This document shows positions 9,981 to 18,247 of a DNA stretch of 62,323 nt, piece by piece. The stretch is taken from NCBI GenBank assembly GCA_040880765.1, contig JBBDHT010000063.1, forward strand, positions 21,821 through 84,143. Direction: 5' to 3'. The notes under the pieces are model-generated. The model ran no database searches and had not been told where the DNA came from. It saw nothing but the letters and a program-made list of their open reading frames with translations. Each line of letters opens with the position of its first letter. The first letter of the stretch is position 1. The DNA comes from Acidimicrobiia bacterium. Lineage in GTDB: Bacteria; Actinomycetota; Acidimicrobiia; Spongiisociales; ZC4RG35. The translations under genes and the position numbers were made by a program.

Positions 9981-10978
9981 CGTGGTGCCTTGCTGATCCA
10001 GTTCCAGGAGTCGGCACACATGTCTCTTAGGTCGTAGCTGGCTGACCACCCCAGCTGGGCATAGGCTTTCTGCACGTCTGCCCAGCTCGAGGCGACATCT
10101 CCCGGGCGGCGTTCCACGATCTCATACGGGATGGTTTTCCCACAGGCTTGTTCGTACTCCTTGATGACCTCGAGAACGCTGTGCCCCCGGCCGGTGCCGA
10201 GGTTGTAGGTATGCACACCTGGTTTCCCGGTGTGGACGTCTAGGGCGCGAATGTGGCCGACGGCGAGGTCGACGACATGGACATAATCACGGACTCCGGT
10301 ACCGTCAGGGGTCGGATAGTCGCCTCCGTAGACGTTGACACGTCCGAGCTCGCCGGCGGCAACCAGGGCCACGAAGGGCATCAGGTTGTTCGGCACCCCT
10401 CTCGGGTCCTCGCCGATCATCCCGGTTTGATGGGCTCCGACAGGGTTGAAGTACCGAAGGAGGCTGATGCTCCACTCCGGATTACTGAGGTAGAGGTCAT
10501 TCAGTACCTGTTCCATCATGATCTTGGTCCACCCGTACGGGTTCGTGGCCCGGCCCACGGGCATCGATTCCACCAGAGGAAGCGATTCGGGGTCTCCGTA
10601 GACGGTCGCTGACGAACTGAACACCATGTTCGTGACTCCGGCGGTCTCGAGGGCAGTGAGGAGGGCAATCGTGCCGCCGACATTGTTGTCGTAGTAGGCC
10701 AAAGGCTCCGAGACGGATTCTCCGACCGCCTTCAAGGCTGCAAAATGAATGCAGGCATCGATGTCCGAGCCCGCTATCTCGACCATGGCTTCGACATCGC
10801 GGACATCGTGGCGGTGGAACTCGGGGATGGTGCCTGTGATCTCGCCGATGCGCCCGACCACAGACTCGTCGGAATTGGCGAGATTGTCGACTACGACCGG
10901 CTCATGGCCGGCTTTGATCAACTCCACAACAGTATGGCTGCCGATGAAGCCGGTGCCCCCGGTTACAAGTACTCGCAT
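9977..10978 (-). CDS. galE: UDP-glucose 4-epimerase
   Basis: Rossmann motif VLVTGGTGFIGSH, catalytic YGWTK (YxxxK), and full-length resemblance to GalE. Confidence 0.9.
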   Translation of the reverse strand: MRVLVTGGTGFIGSHTVVELIKAGHEPVVVDNLANSDESVVGRIGEITGTIPEFHRHDVRDVEAMVEIAGSDIDACIHFAALKAVGESVSEPLAYYDNNVGGTIALLTALETAGVTNMVFSSSATVYGDPESLPLVESMPVGRATNPYGWTKIMMEQVLNDLYLSNPEWSISLLRYFNPVGAHQTGMIGEDPRGVPNNLMPFVALVAAGELGRVNVYGGDYPTPDGTGVRDYVHVVDLAVGHIRALDVHTGKPGVHTYNLGTGRGHSVLEVIKEYEQACGKTIPYEIVERRPGDVASSWADVQKAYAQLGWSASYDLRDMCADSWNWISKAPR

Positions 10979-11005
10979 TCTGTGCAGGTTAGAAGGGGAC
11001 GCGGG

Positions 11006-12016
11006 TCAACCGGCCGGAAGGGTAAGGATAAACTGGGATCGTCCGCCGTCGTGGTTGTAGCTGATCGATCCACCCATCAACTCCGAGAGGCGTCTCGAGA
11101 TCCATAGGCCCAATCCGACCGACTGGCTGTGCTGCGGATTGCCAACAAACGGCTCGAAGATGTACTCGAGTGTTGCCTCGTCTATAGGGTCCCCCGAGTC
11201 GCAAACGGCGACCCTGACCTCGTCTCGGTGCTGGGTGATCTCAATGGATGCCTCCGAACCTCCGTACCGGACTGCATTCGTGAGCAGATTCCTGACGATC
11301 TGGCGTGTGCGTAGCGGATCAGCGTTGACAACCGTGCCTTCACCGCCGACAATTGTGAACTTGCTGTCGACAGTGTCGGCTACCCGTCGGATCTCGTCGA
11401 GCAGGTTGAACGAATCAATCGAAAACTTCACATCCGCGAAGTCTGCCCGGTGTGCCACGAGCAGGTCTTCGATCAGCCAGGACGCCTCTTCGGCTTCGCG
11501 GGACACAAGGGAAATCATCTCTTTCCGCTCGTCCTCCGCAAAGCTGGAGTAGGAATTCTGCATTTCGGCGCTCAAACCGAAGATCGCCGTTATCGGGGTG
11601 CGCAATTCGTGCGATACCGTTGCGAGGAACTGGTCGCGGGATCTCTCGAGGCGGATGCGATCGGTCACGTCGATGAGGCAACCCTCGAAGTGACGGGTCT
11701 CACCGTTGTCGGCGTACACGGCGCGGGCCGTGTCCCTGACCCATACGATTTGTCCGTCGGGACGCCTCAACTCGACATCGAAGTCGTGAACGGTCCCCTG
11801 CTCTCGAATCTTGTCCAGCCAGATCTGGCGAGCTGCAGGGTCAGTGTAGAAGCCCACCACGGACCCTGTACTTGTCCTGAGCGCTTCCATTGAGCCAAAA
11901 CCCAGAATCTGTGCCAGGGCAAGGTTCCCCGCCAGGAGTGCGCCATCAGGATCGCTTCTGTACAGGGGCACGGGTAAGTTCTCGAAGAATTCGCTTAATT
12001 CGCGAACGCGCGACAT
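11006..12016 (-). CDS. Cytoplasmic PAS-domain sensor histidine kinase (no response regulator in window)
   Basis: N-terminal PAS-like region, H-box SHELRTPITAIFG, N-box RNLLTNAVRYGG, and G-boxes DSGDPI / GLGLWISRRL. No TM segments seen. Confidence 0.85.
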   Translation of the reverse strand: MSRVRELSEFFENLPVPLYRSDPDGALLAGNLALAQILGFGSMEALRTSTGSVVGFYTDPAARQIWLDKIREQGTVHDFDVELRRPDGQIVWVRDTARAVYADNGETRHFEGCLIDVTDRIRLERSRDQFLATVSHELRTPITAIFGLSAEMQNSYSSFAEDERKEMISLVSREAEEASWLIEDLLVAHRADFADVKFSIDSFNLLDEIRRVADTVDSKFTIVGGEGTVVNADPLRTRQIVRNLLTNAVRYGGSEASIEITQHRDEVRVAVCDSGDPIDEATLEYIFEPFVGNPQHSQSVGLGLWISRRLSELMGGSISYNHDGGRSQFILTLPAG

Positions 12017-12067
12017 TTCCCTTTCCCATCGGTGCCAGCCAGCCCGCGAAGCATAGGTCGGCGGACC

Positions 12068-12463
12068 TTACTTCGCTTCCACCACTCTGGCAGCTTTAGA
12101 GTCGAGATGTACCAGCCTGCCGGTGTCTCCGGGGAGATCTCCCACGATCACAGGAATTCTCGTCCCATACAGAGAATTTGCCACGAAGACCCCGGTAACG
12201 ACTATCTCATCGGCCTCGCCGAGAATGAATCCGGCAGGTCCGACTCCGTTGCGGATGGTCTCAGCGATCACACTCGCCGAAGAGCTGCTTCCCCGCCCAT
12301 GCGGCATGAACAGTATCTTGCCGGTCACCGACTCCCCCACCGCTGGGTGAGATCGGTCGATTATCCGCCCGGTCGTGGCATCCACGCCGCCCCAGAAAGA
12401 CAATGGTTCAGAAAGAATCATCAGATCTCCCCGAGCTTCTCCTTCAACCAATGCAGTGGTCAT
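12068..12463 (-). CDS. Aconitase X swivel-domain protein (DUF126; AcnX small subunit)
   Basis: PLSFWGGVDATTGRIID ... GKILFMPHGRGSSSSASV is the DUF126 pattern. I trimmed the start to MTTALVEGE (ATG at 12463), which forms an ATGA overlap with the upstream DUF521 gene. Confidence 0.75.
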   Translation of the reverse strand: MTTALVEGEARGDLMILSEPLSFWGGVDATTGRIIDRSHPAVGESVTGKILFMPHGRGSSSSASVIAETIRNGVGPAGFILGEADEIVVTGVFVANSLYGTRIPVIVGDLPGDTGRLVHLDSKAARVVEAK

Positions 12464-13701
12464 AGGCGAAAGGGGTCGTCCAATTCGGCCCGGCCCGAAA
12501 CGGCTGAGGTGACACACTCAGCGAGGCTGCCGAAAGCAACCTCGACGCCGAGGTTGCCCGGCGCGTAATAGGCCCACTTCGCGGAGTTGGTCATCACCGC
12601 CCCGGAAACGTCCCCGATGATCGGAGTTATATATGTGCATGTATCGGTGACAACGGTGGCGCCGAAGGCGGCCAGCACATCGACAACGCTCGGCCCGACC
12701 TCGCTGTACACCGCCCGGGAAGTGTTTACGTAAAAGGGGACTGCCGAGAGCTTCCCGGCGACCAGCGTCGCCAGGTTTCTCATTTCGCTCACCGACATGT
12801 GTGGAGTGCCTACCGAGACCGCTCCCAGAGCTCCCCGTGTGTACCCCAGAGACTCCCTGATCCTCACCAGGTCTTCGCCCGGCACCTTCCACACGGGGAC
12901 CGCATTGCCCTGAGTGGCGATACTCAAAGTTGCCGCCTCGGGAGTCAGCCCGACGGCGTGGAACATCGCCGTGGCCCCCGAAGAGGCGGCTGCGGCGCCA
13001 AGAGCTTTCATATCGTCCTCCCCGACCTCGCAGTCGAAGCCGACGATGGCCGGAATGCCGGTCCCACACTTCGCCCCGATCCAATGGCCCAGCAACGGGT
13101 AGAAGAGCTCATGGGCGAGCCAGCTTCGGTCGAGATCGAGCTGGATGACGACAGTTGCCGCACGACCTGCGTCCGTGTGCAGGCCCGAGAACGGAGCGCG
13201 GCCGGTGACAGCACACGCAAGGTCGGCGAAATCTCCGTAGCGGTTGGTTCTCGCTCCGAGAACAGAGTTGGCGAACACTATGGCGTTGGACTCACCCCAG
13301 GCGATTTGCTCACCCACTCCGGGCCGGGTCGGCAGCTGATAGGGAGCACAGGTCCAGGTGGGCTGACAGCCGAGCTCAACGTGTAGATCCATGAGGCGTC
13401 TCGCCGCATCTGCGGTCTCGTCGCTCCCCTGGTACAGCTCGGGATGAAGCAGATCTAGTGAAGAGACATTGAGAGTCGTCGGAATCGCCACCTGAGCTCC
13501 ACCGGAGACAAGATGCTGGACGAAATCGACACCTGATTCACCGTGGTAGAGGCACCCGTCGATATGCGCCCCAGAAATGTCGATCAGCTCCGGGGCCCCG
13601 GAAACCTCGGCGAGTTTGAGTACCAGTCCCATCGCAAAGGCAACCCCCTCGCCGTGGTCCCCGTCCAACATGGAACGGTCTTTCGAGGAGAGCTTCACCA
13701 T
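12460..13701 (-). CDS. Aconitase X catalytic-domain protein (DUF521; AcnX large subunit)
   Basis: N-terminus MLDGDHGEGVAFAMGLV...ISGAHIDGCLYHG, and the overall length, are typical of DUF521/AcnX. It is paired with DUF126. Confidence 0.75.
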   Translation of the reverse strand: MVKLSSKDRSMLDGDHGEGVAFAMGLVLKLAEVSGAPELIDISGAHIDGCLYHGESGVDFVQHLVSGGAQVAIPTTLNVSSLDLLHPELYQGSDETADAARRLMDLHVELGCQPTWTCAPYQLPTRPGVGEQIAWGESNAIVFANSVLGARTNRYGDFADLACAVTGRAPFSGLHTDAGRAATVVIQLDLDRSWLAHELFYPLLGHWIGAKCGTGIPAIVGFDCEVGEDDMKALGAAAASSGATAMFHAVGLTPEAATLSIATQGNAVPVWKVPGEDLVRIRESLGYTRGALGAVSVGTPHMSVSEMRNLATLVAGKLSAVPFYVNTSRAVYSEVGPSVVDVLAAFGATVVTDTCTYITPIIGDVSGAVMTNSAKWAYYAPGNLGVEVAFGSLAECVTSAVSGRAELDDPFRL

Positions 13702-13726
13702 GGCGTTGGATCCCGCATCCTCGGGC

Positions 13727-14449
13727 TCAAGCCTCGAGCGGGAGCTCCATCTGCGGGTCGGGCCGGTGGTACCTCTCCAATCCGTTCCACATCAGATGGT
13801 CCATGAAAACCCAGGATCGGCGATGGTAAGCGCTCGGCCCCCATGCCTGGAGTGCAGCCTTGTGAATGGGGCAGGGGTATCCCTTGTTGGCCTCAAAGTT
13901 GTAGCCCGGGTATTCGTTAGCCACTGAACGCATGATGCGATCTCTGCTCACCTTGGCGAGTATCGACGCTGCGGCGATGGATAGAGACGTCGCATCCCCA
14001 CGGACAATCGTCCGCGCCCCGCCGATGAAGTCCCACTTCCCATCGAGAAGGACCCGGTCAGGGGGATTCTGCAACGCGGCGATCGCCCTTCGTCCGGCAA
14101 GACGCTGCGCCTCCGACATCCCCAGCCGGTCGCATTCCCGTGGGGTGGCATGCCCGACAGCCCAGTCCTCGACCCATTCGGCAATTCTCTCGAAAAGCGC
14201 CTCCCGTTCAATCTCGGTAAGCAACTTCGAGTCCCGAATCTTGTAGACCCGGCGGTCAGTGGGCACCACCGCTGCTCCGACGGTGAGCGGACCGGCCCAC
14301 GATCCGCGGCCAACCTCGTCGACGCCGACCACCACCGCAGCGCCAAGATCCCATAGTGCCCGCTCCTCGGCCAGACCGGGTGCGTTCCGCTTTAGGGAAG
14401 GTCGCAGCCTGGGAGCGGGGTGAATCGTCATTGCTGACAGAGTAGGCAT
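13727..14449 (-). CDS. rnhB: Ribonuclease HII
   Basis: Catalytic GVDEVGRGSWAGPL, DSKLL and SIAAASILAKV motifs. Confidence 0.9.
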   Translation of the reverse strand: MPTLSAMTIHPAPRLRPSLKRNAPGLAEERALWDLGAAVVVGVDEVGRGSWAGPLTVGAAVVPTDRRVYKIRDSKLLTEIEREALFERIAEWVEDWAVGHATPRECDRLGMSEAQRLAGRRAIAALQNPPDRVLLDGKWDFIGGARTIVRGDATSLSIAAASILAKVSRDRIMRSVANEYPGYNFEANKGYPCPIHKAALQAWGPSAYHRRSWVFMDHLMWNGLERYHRPDPQMELPLEA

Positions 14450-14468
14450 GATTCGGTCATTCGATGTG

Positions 14469-14990
14469 TCAGTTCAACTCCGGATTGTCCGGATAACTTG
14501 CCAGAATTGCCAACCGCCCGGGCTGGCGGCGGAGGATCCGGAACCATTGCTCACGGGGGTCGTCGAAGGGGTCGTCAGGAGCAGCGTCCACCACATGCCA
14601 GGATCCTTCCTCCAACTCGGCATCAAGCTGTCCGGGTGCCCAACCCGAGTACCCGGAGTAGACCCGCACCGAAGTCAGGTTTGAGTCTGGTTCGGCCTCG
14701 AGGTCGACCATCCTCAGCCCCGGCAAGACAGGCTCGTCTCCGGGTCGTAGCGGGGCGAGGGCCAGGCCAACAGCCGGCTCGACGGGCCCACCAAAGTGAA
14801 TCTTCCCGGTGCCCGCAGCAAGCCTTCCCCAACCCGGGAGATGCGCTTCAACCATCTCATCCGACTCGCGGTTGAGGATCAACCCGAATGCGCCGTCGTC
14901 ATTGTCCTCGAGGAGGAGGATCACCGCTCTCCAGAACACCGGTTCGAGAAGCATCGGAGACGCCACCAGCAGCTTTCCCCGGTTACTCAT
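14469..14990 (-). CDS. YqgE/AlgH family protein (UPF0301)
   Basis: LLVASPMLLEPVFWRAVILLLEDNDDGAFGLILN is the typical family N-terminus. I prefer the ATG at 14990 over the GTG at 15002 given in the ORF track. Confidence 0.8.
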   Translation of the reverse strand: MSNRGKLLVASPMLLEPVFWRAVILLLEDNDDGAFGLILNRESDEMVEAHLPGWGRLAAGTGKIHFGGPVEPAVGLALAPLRPGDEPVLPGLRMVDLEAEPDSNLTSVRVYSGYSGWAPGQLDAELEEGSWHVVDAAPDDPFDDPREQWFRILRRQPGRLAILASYPDNPELN

Positions 14991-15025
14991 GCCCCCGCTC
15001 ACACTCTGGAGTGCCTTGTTACCGT

Positions 15026-15121
15026 ATGAGGATGCTCCTGCCTTATGTGCTTCTTCACGATCATCTCGATGGTGGCGTCAAACCCCGAACGGTAATTGAT
15101 CTGGCGAGATGCGCTACGTGA
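15026..15121 (+). pseudogene. Probable N-terminal remnant of an adenosine deaminase gene (31 codons, then stop)
   Basis: My translation is MRMLLPYVLLHDHLDGGVKPRTVIDLARCAT*. The LLHDHLDGG(L/V)(R/K)PxT(V/L)xxLA string is the characteristic metal-binding N-terminus (HxH) of actinobacterial adenosine deaminases. I found no continuation in any frame before tdh. Confidence 0.45.
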
Positions 15122-15209
15122 CGATCGGTTGGAATCGGAGTAGTGGGGAGAAAGAATGCGCCAGGCTTTGGGGCCGCAGGCGTGGAATTGGAGAGTATCT
15201 GGAGTGACG

Positions 15210-16235
15210 ATGCGCGGACTGGTTAAGTACCCCGACGAAAATGGGCTGAGGCTTTCGGAGCTCCCGGTGCCTGAGCCCGGTCCCGACGATGTGCTGATAA
15301 AGGTGCACGCCACCGGAATCTGCGGAACTGACCTGCATATATTCGACTGGGACCACTGGGCGAGCGAGAACATTCCTGCGCCGATGACCGTCGGTCACGA
15401 GTTCTCGGGAACTATTGAATCAGTGGGCTCCTCTGTATCAGGATTCGAGATCGGCGAGCTGGTCGGAGCTGAGGGCCATGTGGTGTGCAACAAATGTCGC
15501 AACTGCCTTGCCGGTCGCCGGCATCTCTGTAACGACACCCGAGGAATCGGGGTCAACATCCCTGGCGCCTTCGCCGACTACATCGCCGTGCCGAAGTCGA
15601 ACGTCTGGCGCCACACCGACGGTATCGACCCCGAAATCGCTGCCATTTTCGATCCGTTCGGCAACGCTGTCCACACGGCTCTGAAGTTCCCGGTCCTGGG
15701 CGAGGATGTGCTGATCACAGGCGCGGGGCCGATTGGTGTCATGGCAGCCGCCGTCGTGACTCATGCCGGCGCGCGCAACACCGTTGTCACGGACATCAAC
15801 CCATACCGTCTCGAGATTGCAAGGGCGATGGGTGCGACGCGCACGGTCGATCGGAGGAGCCAGGAACTGGATGAAGTCCAACGAGAACTCGGCATGTTCG
15901 AGGGATTCGATGTCGCGTTGGAGATGTCAGGAAGCCCCGCAGCATATGCCGACATCCTGGACAACACGATCCACGGAGCAAATGTTGCGCTGCTCGGGAT
16001 ACCCGCGGAGTCCTTCCCCATCGACTGGAGCGTTGTCATCTTCAACATGCTCAACCTCAAGGGAATCTACGGCCGTCAGATGTTCGACACGTGGTACAAG
16101 ATGAACATTCTCATCGAGTCAGGCCTCGATCTCTCTCCCGTCATCACCCATCGTTTTGATGTCGACGACTACGACGAGGCATTCCGGGTCGCCGGTTCCG
16201 ATGAGTCGGGCAAGGTGCTCATCCTCTGGAACTGA
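15210..16235 (+). CDS. tdh: L-threonine 3-dehydrogenase (zinc-dependent MDR family)
   Basis: GHEFSGTIESVG and the structural-zinc cysteines CNKCRNCLAGRRHLC, with a Tdh-like C-terminus. I trimmed the start to MRGLVKY, which is preceded by a GGAG Shine-Dalgarno. Confidence 0.85.
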   Translation: MRGLVKYPDENGLRLSELPVPEPGPDDVLIKVHATGICGTDLHIFDWDHWASENIPAPMTVGHEFSGTIESVGSSVSGFEIGELVGAEGHVVCNKCRNCLAGRRHLCNDTRGIGVNIPGAFADYIAVPKSNVWRHTDGIDPEIAAIFDPFGNAVHTALKFPVLGEDVLITGAGPIGVMAAAVVTHAGARNTVVTDINPYRLEIARAMGATRTVDRRSQELDEVQRELGMFEGFDVALEMSGSPAAYADILDNTIHGANVALLGIPAESFPIDWSVVIFNMLNLKGIYGRQMFDTWYKMNILIESGLDLSPVITHRFDVDDYDEAFRVAGSDESGKVLILWN

Positions 16236-16251
16236 GCGTCCAGCGGTAACC

Positions 16252-16354
16252 CGTTCCTAAGGTTCTACGTATCAAATCTGATAGCTGGGCTATCGAGAAT
16301 GGCCCTTTCTGAACGCCCCAGGTCTCATATGTGAGACGCTACGCCTTAGGAACG
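16252..16354. repeat. Nested inverted-repeat element in a convergent intergenic region (11-bp outer stem enclosing two 6-bp hairpins)
   Basis: CGTTCCTAAGG (16252-16262) pairs with CCTTAGGAACG (16344-16354). Inner hairpins are GATAGC-tgg-GCTATC (16280-16294) and GTCTCA-tatg-TGAGAC (16322-16337). The region is visibly more AT-rich than its flanks. Confidence 0.5.
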
Positions 16355-16382
16355 CGATGTAAGCCTCGTGCTTGTCCGCGAA

Positions 16383-17207
16383 TCAGAGGCGGTCCTGGAG
16401 CCATGCGACGATCTCCGCGAGCACTTCCGGCCCTTCCGGCTCGTTGAACATCTCATGGCGCAGTTTCGGGTAGAGACGTCGCTCGACACCGGGAAGCTCG
16501 CCCAGTGGTACCGAAGAAGCGGGCGGCACAATGCGGTCCGAGCCGCCATGGATGACCAGAGTGGGGACGCTCAGGTTCTCCAGAGCTTGACTGACCCCGT
16601 CCTGTGCCTTGAACATCTCGTTTCCCAGACGCGTTGTCGTGCTTGTGCTGACCAGTGGGTCGGCGAAATAGAGCTCGGCGACCTCCGGATCGCGGCTGAG
16701 GCGATCGCCATCGAGGTTGTTCGGGACCGCCAGAGTCGGTACTAGACGGGCAAGCGGCCCGGCGAGCATCCGCTGCCATGCGGCTCCAGCGGCGATTGCC
16801 GGCGCGCTCAAGATGGCCAGAACCGGTTGAGGGCGCTCCGAGAGGAGGTAACCGAGGGCGATGAGACCACCCATCGAGTGGCCGAGCAGGACCACGGGGG
16901 TTTGCGCATCGGCCTTCATCGTGTCGATGTGGCTCTGGATCTGGTCGAAATAGTCGGACCAATTCTCGATATCGGCTCGCCTGCCACCACTCTCGCCAAA
17001 ACCAAACAGGTCAGGGCATTGGACCTCGAAGCCCGCTTCGGCAAGGAACTCCCCTACCTGCTCGTACCGTCCGCTGTACTCGGCGATCCCGTGCACGAGG
17101 AGCACTGCGGCCACGGGATCGGCGCCGGGTTTCCAGGAACGGATGACCTGATGGCCATACTTGTGGTGATCCTCGGTTCTTGTCTTGCCCTCGCCGGTGT
17201 GTCTCAT
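16383..17207 (-). CDS. Alpha/beta hydrolase (lysophospholipase/monoacylglycerol lipase-like)
   Basis: Nucleophile elbow GHSMGG, HG oxyanion motif (LVHGIAEYSGRY) and a C-terminal His region. ATGA overlap with the gcvT stop. Confidence 0.8.
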   Translation of the reverse strand: MRHTGEGKTRTEDHHKYGHQVIRSWKPGADPVAAVLLVHGIAEYSGRYEQVGEFLAEAGFEVQCPDLFGFGESGGRRADIENWSDYFDQIQSHIDTMKADAQTPVVLLGHSMGGLIALGYLLSERPQPVLAILSAPAIAAGAAWQRMLAGPLARLVPTLAVPNNLDGDRLSRDPEVAELYFADPLVSTSTTTRLGNEMFKAQDGVSQALENLSVPTLVIHGGSDRIVPPASSVPLGELPGVERRLYPKLRHEMFNEPEGPEVLAEIVAWLQDRL

Positions 17208-18247
17208 GACTTGTGGAACGGTGGTTTTCGGATCGTTCCCTCCACCCAGCGATCCCGAATTCTCACGTCGACAGCGTCCCCTTCGTTTACCGGCGGGCTC
17301 ATGTAGGCCATCCCGATCCCGATTCCGAGGGTCGGGCTCATATTGCCCGACGTGACCGTACCGGTGCTATCGCCACTCCGTACCTCGTGGCCGTGGCGGG
17401 GGATCCCGCGGCCTTCGAGAACGAACCCACAGAGGCGGTTTTCCACTCCACCCTCGCGTTGTGCCTCCAGGGCGGCTTTGCCTACGAAATCGTGATCGAA
17501 ATCGACCGCAAATCCGAGGTCGGCCTCCAGAGGCGTTGTTGTCTCGTCGAGGTCCTGTCCCCAGAGCGGAAGCCCCGCCTCGAGCCGCAAGGTATCCCTC
17601 GCGCCGAGCCCACAGGGCCGGACTCCCTGCCGGACCATGGCGTTTGCCGCCTCCCGGGCAGTATCCGGATCTGTGACGAACTCGGCTCCTGTCTCCCCGG
17701 TGTATCCGGTGCCGGCCATCCACATCGGGCCACCTCCCCATTGAAAGTGATTCGTCCGGAAACGCCGGACTTGCTGTCCCAACACTTCTTGGATCGTATC
17801 GGGCGCCTCCGGGCCCTGCACGGCGATCATCGCAGTCGTCATCTGAAGATCGGTGGCTTCGACGTCATCCCTGGTAGCGAAGGCTGCCATCACTCTTTCC
17901 TGGTTGGCGGCGTTGGGCATTATCCAGTATTCACCGTCACCGAGCCACCAGACGATGAGGTCGTCGAGGATTCCGCCATCTTCGTTGAGCATCATCGTGT
18001 ACTGGGCACGTCCGGGGGCAATTTTGTCGAGGTTGTTGCAGAGCAAAGCAGAGAGCGCCTCCGCGGCGCCAGACCCCGTGAGGGCGAACCTGCCCAGGTG
18101 CGAGACATCGAAGAAACCGACCGAGTCGCGCACTGCCTTGTGCTCGGCAAGCACCGAGTCGTATTGGACAGGCATGTCCCAGCCACCGAAGTCGACCAAC
18201 CGACCGCCATGTTCTACGTTGAAGTCGTGCAGCGGAGACCGATTCAT
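17204..18247 (-). CDS. gcvT: Glycine cleavage system aminomethyltransferase T
   Basis: Full-length GcvT-like sequence: SPLHDFNVEHGGRLVDFGGWDMPVQY..., GTGYTGE, ARDTLRLEAG. Confidence 0.9.
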   Translation of the reverse strand: MNRSPLHDFNVEHGGRLVDFGGWDMPVQYDSVLAEHKAVRDSVGFFDVSHLGRFALTGSGAAEALSALLCNNLDKIAPGRAQYTMMLNEDGGILDDLIVWWLGDGEYWIMPNAANQERVMAAFATRDDVEATDLQMTTAMIAVQGPEAPDTIQEVLGQQVRRFRTNHFQWGGGPMWMAGTGYTGETGAEFVTDPDTAREAANAMVRQGVRPCGLGARDTLRLEAGLPLWGQDLDETTTPLEADLGFAVDFDHDFVGKAALEAQREGGVENRLCGFVLEGRGIPRHGHEVRSGDSTGTVTSGNMSPTLGIGIGMAYMSPPVNEGDAVDVRIRDRWVEGTIRKPPFHKS

